DNA from: Eubacteriales bacterium | Lineage (GTDB): Bacteria; Bacillota; Clostridia; Oscillospirales; CAG-272 | Length of the DNA stretch: 64,000 nucleotides | Direction of reading: 5' to 3' | Assembly (NCBI GenBank): GCA_045653505.1 | Contig: JAZOLZ010000001.1 | Span: 19,223 to 83,222 of the forward strand | In this document: piece by piece, positions 30,510 to 40,848 of the stretch | Layout of the letters: every line of letters begins with the position of its first letter | Numbering within the stretch: position 1 is the first letter of the stretch | Program-made: the position numbers and the translations under genes | Notes under the pieces: generated by a model | The model's input: the letters and a program-made list of their open reading frames with translations, nothing else | Databases searched by the model: none | Told to the model about the DNA's origin: nothing

Positions 30510-31094
30510 TTAATTCGAGATCTCTTCAATATAAATTCTTTGAGCGTTAAGACGTTCTATGTCATATTGATCGTGTGTGACGAGTATTACTAAACGCCTT
30601 TTGCCCTCTTCTTTGACAAGGTCTATTACCGTACCTTTTGTCTCATCATCAAGCTCTTTAAAGGGCTCATCGAGTAGTAGTAGCGGGGCATCATAACACA
30701 GTGCTCTTGCAATAGCAACGCGTTGCGCCATACCGCCGGAAAGTTCTGAGGGGTAGAGTGAAAAATCCTTTTCGGAAAATAACATTTGTTTAAGCACATC
30801 TTTACACATTTTTTCTCTTTCTGTGTCTTCTGATGTTACCGTAACGTTTTGAAGAGCAGTCAAAGTGGGGAAGAGTCTGTGCTCCTGAAAGGCGTAAGCG
30901 ACCTTATCATAGTTTCGTATTACTTCACCGCTATACCTCTTGTCAAGTCCTGCAATGATTCTTAAAAGTGTTGTTTTTCCAATACCGCTTTTTCCGGTAA
31001 TCGCGTAGATGCCGTTTTCAGGGAATGAATAGGAAAAATTCTTTAATACCTCTTTGCTTTCAAAGGATTTGCTGAGATTTTTAACTTCAAGCAT
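30510..31094 (-). CDS. ABC transporter ATP-binding protein (short, NitT/TauT-type)
   Basis: 194 aa. Walker A is GKSGIGKTT, the signature is LSGGMAQR and Walker B is LLLDEP. Confidence 0.85.
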   Translation of the reverse strand: MLEVKNLSKSFESKEVLKNFSYSFPENGIYAITGKSGIGKTTLLRIIAGLDKRYSGEVIRNYDKVAYAFQEHRLFPTLTALQNVTVTSEDTEREKMCKDVLKQMLFSEKDFSLYPSELSGGMAQRVAIARALCYDAPLLLLDEPFKELDDETKGTVIDLVKEEGKRRLVILVTHDQYDIERLNAQRIYIEEISN

Positions 31095-31836
31095 TTTTTA
31101 TCCTCCTTAAAGCAATTTTGATAAGCATCTCAAAAAGGATGCTGAGAGCAACAACTATAACTGTCCAGGCGTACATCTCTGCACTTTCCAGAAATGCCTT
31201 GGCATTAAATATTTCTTTACCTATAGAAAAATCTGTATAGGCTATTATCTCAGCGGCAATACCCGCCTTCCAGGCAAGTCCGCCTGTGGTAACCATAGCA
31301 GGTAAAATATAACTTTTCAGTGAGGGGAAAATGAGAACCTTTAGTTTTTTAATAAAACTAAAATTAAATATCTTTGTGACCTCGATAAGGTTGTTATCAA
31401 TGGCTTTATAACCATCGATAATATTTTGCCATATTATCGGCATTACCATAACAGTTGATATGATCCAAGGCACGTTCGGACTGCCTACCATAAACCATAT
31501 AATCATAATAACGCTCGCGACGGGCGTTGCCTTTATAACTGTCATGAACTTTGAAACAATAGAGTTGATTATCTGTGATTTGCAACATAAAAACGCAAGA
31601 GAACCACCGAATAAAACGCCAATGATATATCCGATTATTATTCGCAAAAATGAAGAGATAATTATTTGCCAGAATTCGAACGATATTACAAGCGTTATGA
31701 GAGCAGAAAACGTATCAAAGACTCCGGGAATTACAAAAGACAGACCTACGAATCTGGACAACATCTCCCAAATCAACAACCAAAATACAATACCGATGAG
31801 GCTGACTAATATTTTGTTTTTCTTTTCACTCAGCAT
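31087..31836 (-). CDS. ABC transporter permease (NitT/TauT-type)
   Basis: 249 aa polytopic membrane protein. Overlaps both neighbouring transporter genes. Confidence 0.8.
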   Translation of the reverse strand: MLSEKKNKILVSLIGIVFWLLIWEMLSRFVGLSFVIPGVFDTFSALITLVISFEFWQIIISSFLRIIIGYIIGVLFGGSLAFLCCKSQIINSIVSKFMTVIKATPVASVIMIIWFMVGSPNVPWIISTVMVMPIIWQNIIDGYKAIDNNLIEVTKIFNFSFIKKLKVLIFPSLKSYILPAMVTTGGLAWKAGIAAEIIAYTDFSIGKEIFNAKAFLESAEMYAWTVIVVALSILFEMLIKIALRRIKNA

Positions 31837-32785
31837 TATAGTAGAAGGTGTTATCAGGCTTTGCCTGACCGATTACGTCATAAAATGCTTCAAGTGCATT
31901 CTTCATATCGGTTTTATCAACGTATGAAATTGAGCCATATAGGTTTTGCAGCGCGCTCTTTGCTACGGGCAACTTAGGGATAATACCTTGAGCGACAAAC
32001 ATATCAGCAGCACTCTCAAGGTTCTGTCTGTCGTTTATATATTCGATGGATGCCTTATATTCTTTGAGGAAATTATCAACTACCGTCTTGTGTTCCTTTA
32101 AAAAACTGTTTTTAACAACGATGCAGCCCATGGTGAGCTCTGTATCACAAATTTTGTTCCACTCGTTGTTTATGTTGAGTTTAACCTCATATCCGAGTGT
32201 ATTTCCCATAAGTGCCGCTGTAACCTTAGGCTCGGGTAATACTGCATAATCAACAGCACCGGATTTTACTGCCGCAACTAAATCGTCGTGATTTGAGTAA
32301 TCACACTCAACATTAGCACTAATTGAGTTTTCCGCGAGTATATACTGAAGTATCGGACCGGTTGTTGATGTAGGAACGCTTGTGTGTATTGTTTTGCCTG
32401 CGAGATCGGTTATATTATCTATTGTTTCCGTGTTTTTAGCAACAAGATAAAGAGACCCGAGAGTATTTATAGCGATAACTGTTATATAATCGCTGTTTTT
32501 GTTTGCAAGATTTGCTGCTACGTTAGTAGGGAGGCAGGCCATATCAATTGTGCCTGATGTAAGTTCAGGTAAAAGTTGATCGGGACTTGATTTAAGCATA
32601 AAGGAATATTTGTCGCTATCGTCCCCGGCATCGTTCATAAGTTTTGCCATGCCCATACCGGTAGGTCCTGCGAGAACGCCGATATTGAGTTTTGTAGTAT
32701 CCTCTTCGTCAAAGCAGGAGGTGAATGGGAGCAGTGTGGCTGTGAGTGTCGCTGCTATAAGCAGCACTAAGAGAAATTTTTTCAT
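31826..32785 (-). CDS. ABC transporter substrate-binding lipoprotein (NMT1/THI5-like)
   Basis: 319 aa with a lipobox-like signal (LLPFTSC). First structural gene of the transporter. Confidence 0.75.
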   Translation of the reverse strand: MKKFLLVLLIAATLTATLLPFTSCFDEEDTTKLNIGVLAGPTGMGMAKLMNDAGDDSDKYSFMLKSSPDQLLPELTSGTIDMACLPTNVAANLANKNSDYITVIAINTLGSLYLVAKNTETIDNITDLAGKTIHTSVPTSTTGPILQYILAENSISANVECDYSNHDDLVAAVKSGAVDYAVLPEPKVTAALMGNTLGYEVKLNINNEWNKICDTELTMGCIVVKNSFLKEHKTVVDNFLKEYKASIEYINDRQNLESAADMFVAQGIIPKLPVAKSALQNLYGSISYVDKTDMKNALEAFYDVIGQAKPDNTFYYNAE

Positions 32786-32787
32786 TT

Positions 32788-33453
32788 TTATATCCTTTCC
32801 AGACCGTTACGGTCAACTATAATAAGCATTTTTTTATCAGATCTTACGTATCCGCTGTTTATTAGTGTATCCAGCGCTCGATATACAGACGCTCTGCCTA
32901 CGTTAAGTTTTTCGGCAATTTTTTTGCAATTTAATTTAAGTGTGTGGGACTTAGCGGCATCCGCTTCGATAAGCAAATACTTTGCGAGCTTGCTTGCAAC
33001 ACTGTTTTGAGAAAATGTGGCTACCTTTTCGTTCAAAAATTCTATCTTTTTTGCAAGGAATGATATCACATTACGCGCAGCATCGGTTGATTTTTCCAGT
33101 ATTGTATCAATATCCTCTTTGTTTATGAAAAGAACTGTGGTGTTTTTCTTTGCCACTACGTGTGTGGGATAGTTTTCTGCTTTTGAAAAAACTGCGAGGG
33201 CGCCAAAGGAGGTGTTCTTTTTCAGTGTGTTGAGAGGTACGGGAGTTTCTCCGTCAATTCTCCTGACCTCACATTCGCCCTCCATAATAAATCCAAGCAT
33301 TTTGCCAAAATGCGTCGGACAGTATATTATTTCGGATTTTGAAAAACAGTTTATTTTAAGTTCGGTATTTTTTAAAAGTTCGGCAATCTTTTCATCATTC
33401 ATTCCCGAAAACAGAAAGGTATCTTTTAAAAAATCAATCGTTTTCTTATCCAT
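32788..33453 (-). CDS. Crp/Fnr family transcriptional regulator
   Basis: cNMP-binding-like N-terminus and a C-terminal HTH (IAEKLNVGRASVYRAL). Start set at the ATG at 33453. The track ORF runs upstream through the promoter. Confidence 0.85.
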   Translation of the reverse strand: MDKKTIDFLKDTFLFSGMNDEKIAELLKNTELKINCFSKSEIIYCPTHFGKMLGFIMEGECEVRRIDGETPVPLNTLKKNTSFGALAVFSKAENYPTHVVAKKNTTVLFINKEDIDTILEKSTDAARNVISFLAKKIEFLNEKVATFSQNSVASKLAKYLLIEADAAKSHTLKLNCKKIAEKLNVGRASVYRALDTLINSGYVRSDKKMLIIVDRNGLERI

Positions 33454-33466
33454 AAAACTCCAAAAG

Positions 33467-33512
33467 TGTATCATTTGATACAAATTATACCATATAATAC
33501 AGCGCTTGTCAA
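33467..33512 (-). promoter_or_regulatory. Consensus sigma-A promoter (TTGACA-17-TATAAT) with a 16-bp perfect palindrome operator
   Basis: rc ttgaca at 33507-33512 and rc tataat at 33484-33489. The palindrome tgtatcatttgataca at 33467-33482 lies between the -10 and the RBS. Confidence 0.6.
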
Positions 33513-33671
33513 GAAATTTTAAACAACTTTTTTGGGGTACAAAAAAATATTTTATTTTTAATATTTTATATTGCAAAAAAAATGCGCTTGTGATATAATT
33601 ATGGTGTATGACTGTGGGCGTTGCCCAAATAATGCTAAATTTTTAGAAAGCACTTTTGTGTTGGTGATTTT

Positions 33672-34556
33672 ATGAATTTACTTTATGCTGCAAAGCAGAC
33701 TAATATATTTGAATATTTCACCGGGTTTTTTGAGAATGCAAAAAATGTTTTTATGCAGTTTGACCCGTTGTTTGATACCATAGACATTCTTCTTCTGACT
33801 GCGGTATTCTTCTTTGTATACAAATTTCTTAAGAGCCGTAAATCGGGTTCGCTCCTTATCGGTGTTGCAATTTGCCTTGTCGCTCTTATAGTTGCCACAC
33901 TGCTTAATCTTGAGGGTATCAGGTTTATTCTCTCGGCGATATTCGAAAACGGTGTTATAGTACTTATAATACTTTTACAGCCCGAGATAAGAGACGTGCT
34001 GGAAAAGGTGGGTACAGGCTCGCTCAGCGGTATTATGAGTTTTGGAGATACAAAGCGTAAAAAGCAGCTTTACAACGCGGCTATTGATAATATTTGTGCT
34101 GCTGTGAGCGATCTTTCAAACACAAAAACCGGCGCACTTATCGCAATCGTGCGCACTACCAAACTCGATGAGATTATGCATACCGGTATCGTAATTAACG
34201 CAGACGTTAACTCATTTTTGCTTCGCAACCTCTTCTTTAACAAAGCCCCCCTACATGACGGTGCTGTTATTATAGATGAGGCGCGTATTGCGGCTGCCGG
34301 CTGTCTTCTTCCTCTTACACGTAGGACTGACGTTGATTCCGACCTTGGTACGCGTCACAGGGCGGCAATAGGCCTTTCTGAAACGAGTGATGCAATTGTT
34401 ATTGTAGTATCAGAGGAGACGGGGGTTATTTCGGTTGCGTATGACTGCGCTCTTACAAGAAATCTTAACGTCGATCAACTGAGACGTTTTCTTATGAAAA
34501 AGTTGATACGTTCAAGCCATATAGAAGATTCGAACGATCCTGTTGTAAAGAACTGA
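33672..34556 (+). CDS. cdaA: Diadenylate cyclase CdaA (c-di-AMP synthase)
   Basis: 294 aa with three N-terminal TM helices and a DisA_N domain (TGALIAI, DGAVII, GTRHRAAIGLSE). Confidence 0.92.
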   Translation: MNLLYAAKQTNIFEYFTGFFENAKNVFMQFDPLFDTIDILLLTAVFFFVYKFLKSRKSGSLLIGVAICLVALIVATLLNLEGIRFILSAIFENGVIVLIILLQPEIRDVLEKVGTGSLSGIMSFGDTKRKKQLYNAAIDNICAAVSDLSNTKTGALIAIVRTTKLDEIMHTGIVINADVNSFLLRNLFFNKAPLHDGAVIIDEARIAAAGCLLPLTRRTDVDSDLGTRHRAAIGLSETSDAIVIVVSEETGVISVAYDCALTRNLNVDQLRRFLMKKLIRSSHIEDSNDPVVKN

Positions 34557-34568
34557 TAGGAGAGAAAA

Positions 34569-34721
34569 ATGGATAAAAGGTTTTTAGGTATAAGAGTTGG
34601 AACAATAATTACGGTTATCGTATGCTTTGTTCTGGCGGTGTTTATGTGGCTTTTTGTTAATTTTCAAAACGCCAATACAGTATCAGGCATAATGTTGCTT
34701 GATTTATTTAGAGGTTTATAA
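34569..34721 (+). CDS. 50-aa membrane peptide at the cdaR position (resembles the CdaR N-terminal anchor only)
   Basis: MDKRFLGIRVGTIITVIVCFVLAVFMWLFVNFQNANTVSGIMLLDLFRGL. Starts 13 nt after cdaA, and its stop overlaps the next ATG (TAATG). Confidence 0.45.
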   Translation: MDKRFLGIRVGTIITVIVCFVLAVFMWLFVNFQNANTVSGIMLLDLFRGL

Positions 34722-36340
34722 TGAGTTTGAAAACTCGCACGTTTATTGTCAGCAATATAAAACTTGCCGTCAACGCCTCTTTCAAAGAGGCGTTTTCGGT
34801 TGCTAAGGGGCGGTTAGCAAAGCTGACGCGCGTTCCAAATGATGCCGAATATAAGGTAGCCAAGCGCAGTGTTGATGCAAGAGATAAGAAAGATGTTAAA
34901 TTTGTCTATTCTGTTGCGATAACATCTTATTTTCCCGATATCCCCGAGCAGCGATTAAGAAAAGCACAAATTTCATCACAAGATAAAGAAATTGTTTTCA
35001 AAGCAAGCGGTGAAGAAACGTTACCCGATAGACCTGTTGTTATCGGATCGGGCCCTTGCGGTATTTTTACAGCTCTTCTTCTTGCCGAGATGGGGTACAG
35101 GCCCATTGTAATTGAGCGCGGAGATAACGTTCAAAACCGTAAAAAACAGATAAGACAATTCTCGCTTACCCGTATTCTTGATAAAAATTCAAACATTCAG
35201 TTTGGTGCAGGCGGCGCAGGTACCTTTTCTGACGGTAAACTTATTACAAGAGTTGCCGATCCACTTTCTCAATACGTTTTAAAAAGGTTCGTGGAGTTTG
35301 GCGCTCCAAAGGAAATACTTTATCTTGCAAAACCGCATATAGGCACAGATGTCCTATCCTTGGTTGTGGAAAATATGCTTGGGCATATTGAGAGCCTTGG
35401 CGGAGAGGTTATGTACCGTACTTGCTGTACTGACATTATCTTTTGTGAGCAAAAAGCCATTGCTGTAAAAACAAATATGGGCGATATTCCATTGGGTGCG
35501 CTTGTGATTGCTATCGGACACAGCGCAAGGGACACATATGATATGCTTATGTCCAAAGAGTTTGTTATTGAGCCTAAGCCTTTTTCTGTAGGAATGAGAA
35601 TTGAGCATCTGGCAGATGATATAGACAAAGCATTATACGGTGATTTTGCAGGTGATGAAAGACTTGGACGAGCCGAATACGCTCTATCAAACGATACAAA
35701 GGACAGAGGCGTATATACGTTTTGTATGTGTCCGGGCGGAGAAGTTATAGCCGCTACAAGCGAAGAAGGCGGTGTTGTAACCAACGGTATGAGTTATCAT
35801 AGCCGTGACGGTAAAAACTCAAACTCTGCGGTGCTGTGCAGTGTTTTCAAGGAGGATTACGGCGCAACGGCGAAAGGAGCAATTGAATTCCAACAAAAAA
35901 TAGAGAGAGCTGCTTTTAAAGCGGGCGGCGGTAATTATTCGGCTCCGATTATAACGGTTGGAGATTTTTTGGATGGTAAAAAAGGTACTGCTCCAAGTCG
36001 TGTTATGCCTACTTATCTTGGTGGCGAGGGCGTTACTCTTGCCGATCCTAAGGATTATTTACCCGATTTTGTTATAGAGCCTCTTAAACGAGGCATCTTA
36101 GCCTTCGATAATAAAATCAAGGGCTTTGCATCAGCTGATGCAATTTTGACAGGCGCAGAAACAAGAACAAGTGCGCCGATAAGAATTTTACGAGATTCTA
36201 AAACACACCTTGCCGTAGGATATGACAACGTTTATCCGTCGGGAGAAGGTGCAGGTTATGCAGGCGGTATTACCAGCGCAGCCATAGATGGCCTACGTAC
36301 CGCTATGTCAATTATTTCGCGCTTCAGGCCACTTGAGTAA
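34721..36340 (+). CDS. FAD-dependent protein (COG2509-like NAD(FAD)-utilizing dehydrogenase)
   Basis: 539 aa with the VVIGSGPCGIFTAL dinucleotide fold and a C-terminal GEGAGYAGGI. Confidence 0.75.
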   Translation: MSLKTRTFIVSNIKLAVNASFKEAFSVAKGRLAKLTRVPNDAEYKVAKRSVDARDKKDVKFVYSVAITSYFPDIPEQRLRKAQISSQDKEIVFKASGEETLPDRPVVIGSGPCGIFTALLLAEMGYRPIVIERGDNVQNRKKQIRQFSLTRILDKNSNIQFGAGGAGTFSDGKLITRVADPLSQYVLKRFVEFGAPKEILYLAKPHIGTDVLSLVVENMLGHIESLGGEVMYRTCCTDIIFCEQKAIAVKTNMGDIPLGALVIAIGHSARDTYDMLMSKEFVIEPKPFSVGMRIEHLADDIDKALYGDFAGDERLGRAEYALSNDTKDRGVYTFCMCPGGEVIAATSEEGGVVTNGMSYHSRDGKNSNSAVLCSVFKEDYGATAKGAIEFQQKIERAAFKAGGGNYSAPIITVGDFLDGKKGTAPSRVMPTYLGGEGVTLADPKDYLPDFVIEPLKRGILAFDNKIKGFASADAILTGAETRTSAPIRILRDSKTHLAVGYDNVYPSGEGAGYAGGITSAAIDGLRTAMSIISRFRPLE

Positions 36341-36419
36341 CGCCATGTGCGTTACTCGGCCTGATATTAAGGTTGATTATTATTTGAAAGGTGAGCACAA
36401 GCTCAACTGGTCTACATAA

Positions 36420-38600
36420 ATGATACAGAATAAAGGAAAGACAAGGGGGAAGAAGTGGCTCATAAAAACACCGAATGAGCCAAATGCAGTTGCATCAATA
36501 AAAGAAATTGCCAATTATCTTGGCATAAGCTATGTTGTTGCCGCCTTGCTTTATACCAGAGGGTATAATACCCCAAAACTTGCCAAAGACTTTGTTTATA
36601 TGGAGAACGAGATGCTTTTAAATCCGTTTGAAATGAAGGATATGTCCTTGGCAATCGAGCGCATAAAACGCGCAGTTGACACAAAAGAAAAAATCACCAT
36701 TTTTGGCGATTATGACGTTGACGGTGTGACGTCGGTTTGTACTCTTTATCTTTACTTAAAGTCAAAGGGGGCAAACGTTGAATATTATATTCCAAACCGT
36801 ATCGGTGAGGGATACGGCGTATCAAAGGCGGCAATTGATATGCTTAAAGAAAACGGTACAAGCCTGATTATTACCGTTGACACCGGCATTACAGCAAATG
36901 AAGAGGTTGAATATGCAAAGGGGCGCGGTGTTGATTTTGTAATTACCGACCATCACGAATGTCGTGCTGATATTCCCTTAGCATGTGCGGCTGTTAACCC
37001 TCACAGACCCGACTGCGCATATCCATTTAAAGATTTGGCAGGCGTAGGTGTTGTGTTTAAGGTTGTTTGCGCCTATGAGGAAAAGTACGCCAATAAGAGT
37101 AGGGCAGAGGCTACATCATACGTTGTGCGCAATTATGCTGACCTTATTGCCATAGGTACTATTGCAGACGTTATGCCTATTAGAGAGGAAAACCGTATTA
37201 TCGTAAGTTTTGGTCTTAAGATGATTGAGAATACAGAGAGACTCGGTATCAGCGCTCTTATTGAGGCGGCATCATCCAAGAATGAGGAAAGACGTTACGA
37301 TAACAAAAAGAAAAAGACTAAAATCACATCAGGCTATATTGGTTTTACTCTGGCTCCTCGTATTAACGCTGCCGGCCGTATACGTACCGCATCGCTTGCA
37401 GTTGAACTCTTCCTTGCAAATACTAAGGAAAGAGCGGCGCAGATTGCAAATGAATTATGTCAGGCGAATAAGGAAAGGCAGAATGAAGAAAACAAGATTA
37501 TGAATCTTGCCTATGAAAAAATCGAGAAGATGGATATACAGAATAATCCTGTAATCATCCTTGACTCTGACGATTGGCATCATGGCGTTATAGGTATTGT
37601 TTCTTCACGTATTACCGAAAAATACTGTCAGCCGTCAATCCTTGTTTCATTTGAGGGCAACACTCCGGGATATGCTATGCCTGATGATGTAGGTAAGGGT
37701 TCCGGTAGAAGTATAAGAGGTATGAATCTTGTTGATGCGCTTTGCTATTGTAGTGATCTGTTGTCCAAATTCGGCGGGCACGAACTTGCGGCAGGACTTT
37801 CCGTAACGCGTGAGAATTTGCCGCTATTCAGAGCGAAAATCAATGAATATGCAAGAGCAAATCTTGATAAAGAAAATATGATTCCCACACTTGAGGCAGA
37901 TCTTGAGATACCATTTTCGGATATTACTTTGCCGCTTGCGGAGGGACTGCAAAAACTTGAGCCGTACGGCGTCGGCAATCCTATGCCCGTATTCGTTGCC
38001 AAGAACGTTTCAATAGTTGAGATAGCGCCTATAAGTCAGGGCAAGCACACCCGTTTGGTTGTTACTGACGGTAAGAGTTCCATAAGTTGTATGTACTTCT
38101 CGGTAAACAACCGTGACCTTGACATATTTGTTGGTGACAAGGTTGATATTATGTTCAACCTTGATATAAATGAATGGAACGGCAGGAGAAATGCGCAAAT
38201 TATCGTAAAGGATATAAAAATCTCCGATATTCAGCAAAAACATAACGAATTGGAGGAAATGCGCTTTAACGAGATATGGAACGGCGCAACATTCTCAAAG
38301 AACGAGAATATATTACCGAGCAGGGACGATTTTGCCGTTTTCTATAAGTTTATTCTCAATTCTATAAGGAGCGGTAAGAGCAGTTTCACTCATAGAGATA
38401 TTTGCTCCAAACTCTCTATATACAAAATCGGATATATAAAACTTAAGGTGATAATAAAAGTGTTCTTCGAGCTGAATATATTGGGCATTGAGGAATTTGA
38501 GGACGAGCATTACCGTTTTTCAGTAAGATACTCATCGGTTAAGCACGATCTTGAAAAATCAACGCTTTTAAGAAAACTGCGTTCACAGGAGCGCATCTGA
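36420..38600 (+). CDS. recJ: Single-stranded-DNA-specific exonuclease RecJ
   Basis: 726 aa with the DHH motifs (GDYDVDGVTS, TVDTG, ITDHH) and a DHHA1 GGHELAAG. Confidence 0.93.
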   Translation: MIQNKGKTRGKKWLIKTPNEPNAVASIKEIANYLGISYVVAALLYTRGYNTPKLAKDFVYMENEMLLNPFEMKDMSLAIERIKRAVDTKEKITIFGDYDVDGVTSVCTLYLYLKSKGANVEYYIPNRIGEGYGVSKAAIDMLKENGTSLIITVDTGITANEEVEYAKGRGVDFVITDHHECRADIPLACAAVNPHRPDCAYPFKDLAGVGVVFKVVCAYEEKYANKSRAEATSYVVRNYADLIAIGTIADVMPIREENRIIVSFGLKMIENTERLGISALIEAASSKNEERRYDNKKKKTKITSGYIGFTLAPRINAAGRIRTASLAVELFLANTKERAAQIANELCQANKERQNEENKIMNLAYEKIEKMDIQNNPVIILDSDDWHHGVIGIVSSRITEKYCQPSILVSFEGNTPGYAMPDDVGKGSGRSIRGMNLVDALCYCSDLLSKFGGHELAAGLSVTRENLPLFRAKINEYARANLDKENMIPTLEADLEIPFSDITLPLAEGLQKLEPYGVGNPMPVFVAKNVSIVEIAPISQGKHTRLVVTDGKSSISCMYFSVNNRDLDIFVGDKVDIMFNLDINEWNGRRNAQIIVKDIKISDIQQKHNELEEMRFNEIWNGATFSKNENILPSRDDFAVFYKFILNSIRSGKSSFTHRDICSKLSIYKIGYIKLKVIIKVFFELNILGIEEFEDEHYRFSVRYSSVKHDLEKSTLLRKLRSQERI

Positions 38601-38623
38601 GCACCGGTTTTAAGGTAAAAAAT

Positions 38624-40840
38624 ATGTATGACAAAATGTTGGATCTTCTCGAACTTGTCGGGAAGAATGAAAAATATTACGACATAGAAAAAATCAAAGC
38701 TGCATACGAGTATTCTGCCGCTTTGCATGAGGGACAGTTCAGACAGAGTGGCGAGCCATACATCAGCCACCCTGTGGCTGTTGCTACCATTGTCGCAAAT
38801 CTGGGGCTTGACACAGACTCTATCTGTGCGGCACTTCTTCACGATACGGTTGAGGATTGTCGTGATAAAACAGACCTTGATAAGATAAAGAAAATGTTCG
38901 GTAACGACGTCGCAATGCTTGTTGACGGTGTTACCAAGATTTTTCACGTAAAAGTAGAGGATAAGGAAGAGGCGCATATCGAGAACATACGCAAGATGCT
39001 TCTTGCTATGAACAAGGATATACGCGTAATCTTTATCAAACTTTGCGACAGACTTCACAATATGCGCACCCTCTCTGCAAAAAAAGAGGACAGACAACGC
39101 GCAATTGCGCTTGAAACTATGTATATCTATGCGCCTTTAGCGCACAGACTCGGTATGCAGAGGATCAAGCACGATCTTGAAAATATAAGCCTTTTCTATC
39201 TTGATAACGTTGGTTATAAAGAGGTAGAGGCTTCAATTGAAGAAAAATTCGGTCAGAACAGGGATTTTATCGAAAGAGCAAAAAATGAACTTAATGATAA
39301 ACTTTTGCAAAATAAGATAAACTTCCATCTTGAGGGTAGAGTAAAGTCTGTTTACAGCCTTTACCGTAAGATGTATAATTTCAACAAGTCCTTTGATGAG
39401 ATATACGACTTTTACGCGATAAGAATTATAGTTGACAGCGAGCTTGAGTGCTACACCTCTCTTGGTCTTGTACACGAGATGTTCAAGTCAATTCCCGGTA
39501 GATTTAAAGACTACATTTCAACTCCCAAGCCTAATCTTTACCGTTCGCTCCATACAACCGTTATCGGTCAGAACGGCATACCGTTTGAGGTGCAGATACG
39601 TACAAAGCAGATGCACGAGGAGGCTGAATACGGTATTGCGGCTCACTGGAAGTACAAGAGCGGTCAGAAGGGCGACTCTAATCTTGATGAAAAACTGCGC
39701 TGGATTGCACAACTGCTTGAATCGGATGAAAACACGCGTGACCCGGATGAGTTTATGCGTTCCTTCAAAACCGATATATTCCACGATGAGACCTTCGTAT
39801 TTACCCCTAAAGGCGACGTTATATCCTTGCCTCTCGGTGCAACGGTAATAGATTTTGCTTACGCAATACATTCCGCTGTCGGCAACAAGATGACGGGAGC
39901 TAAGGTTAACGGTCTTATCGTGCCCATTGATAAAGCGCCCCAAAACGGTGATATAATTGAAATTATTACATCCGGCTCATCTAAGGGTCCCAGCAGAGAC
40001 TGGCTTAAAATAGTAAAAACCGCTCAGGCAAGAACCAAGATACGTCAATGGTTCAAAAAGGAAAAGAGAACCGAAAATATACAGGTCGGCAAGGCTGAGG
40101 TGGATAAGGAAGTTCGCCGTATGGGCTTACCCTGCACTGAGGAACAGCTTGCCAATATAATTGCGAGTGTCGGTAAACGCATCGGTATTAATGAGGCAGA
40201 TGATTTTTACAATACACTTGGCTTTGGCGGTATCTCTTTGCAGAGATTTTTACCCAAAATCAAAGAGGAACTTGAAAAACTCAATCAGACCGCTGAGGCT
40301 GCTCCCAAAACCGCCGAGGAAGAGATTGCAAAACTTAAGCTTGCCGATATTACTAAGCGCACACGTTCTCACGGTGGCATACGCATTGACGGTCAGGAGG
40401 GCTGCACTGTTAAATTTGCTAAGTGCTGTAACCCCTTGCCCGGAGATAAAATCGTGGGCTTTATTACGCGTGGATTCGGTGTATCCGTACACAAGGTTGA
40501 CTGTCCCAACGTAGCGCTTTCAAGACATAATGAAGAAAATCTTGCCCGTTGGGTCAAGGCAGAGTGGGATGTTAGTGATGACAAGGCTTTGCAGGCAAAT
40601 TACGAGGCAAAGCTTACTCTTGTTATCGAGGATACTATCGGAGTAATTGCGGCAATATCTATGGCTCTTGCCGATATGAAGGTATCGATTATATCTATTC
40701 ACACCGGTACTCCTAAAAACGGTGTAGCCAACCTTGATCTTGTTGTACAGTGTAAGAATATATCGCATTACGATGCCATTGTTTCAAGACTGCGTACGGT
40801 TTCATCTGTCGTATCGGTTTCTCGCGGATATGCTAACTGA
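38624..40840 (+). CDS. rel: Bifunctional (p)ppGpp synthetase/hydrolase Rel
   Basis: 738 aa with an HD domain (HPVAVA, LLHDTVED), a synthetase domain (YRSLHTTV), then TGS and ACT. Confidence 0.95.
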   Translation: MYDKMLDLLELVGKNEKYYDIEKIKAAYEYSAALHEGQFRQSGEPYISHPVAVATIVANLGLDTDSICAALLHDTVEDCRDKTDLDKIKKMFGNDVAMLVDGVTKIFHVKVEDKEEAHIENIRKMLLAMNKDIRVIFIKLCDRLHNMRTLSAKKEDRQRAIALETMYIYAPLAHRLGMQRIKHDLENISLFYLDNVGYKEVEASIEEKFGQNRDFIERAKNELNDKLLQNKINFHLEGRVKSVYSLYRKMYNFNKSFDEIYDFYAIRIIVDSELECYTSLGLVHEMFKSIPGRFKDYISTPKPNLYRSLHTTVIGQNGIPFEVQIRTKQMHEEAEYGIAAHWKYKSGQKGDSNLDEKLRWIAQLLESDENTRDPDEFMRSFKTDIFHDETFVFTPKGDVISLPLGATVIDFAYAIHSAVGNKMTGAKVNGLIVPIDKAPQNGDIIEIITSGSSKGPSRDWLKIVKTAQARTKIRQWFKKEKRTENIQVGKAEVDKEVRRMGLPCTEEQLANIIASVGKRIGINEADDFYNTLGFGGISLQRFLPKIKEELEKLNQTAEAAPKTAEEEIAKLKLADITKRTRSHGGIRIDGQEGCTVKFAKCCNPLPGDKIVGFITRGFGVSVHKVDCPNVALSRHNEENLARWVKAEWDVSDDKALQANYEAKLTLVIEDTIGVIAAISMALADMKVSIISIHTGTPKNGVANLDLVVQCKNISHYDAIVSRLRTVSSVVSVSRGYAN

Positions 40841-40848
40841 GGTGTAAT

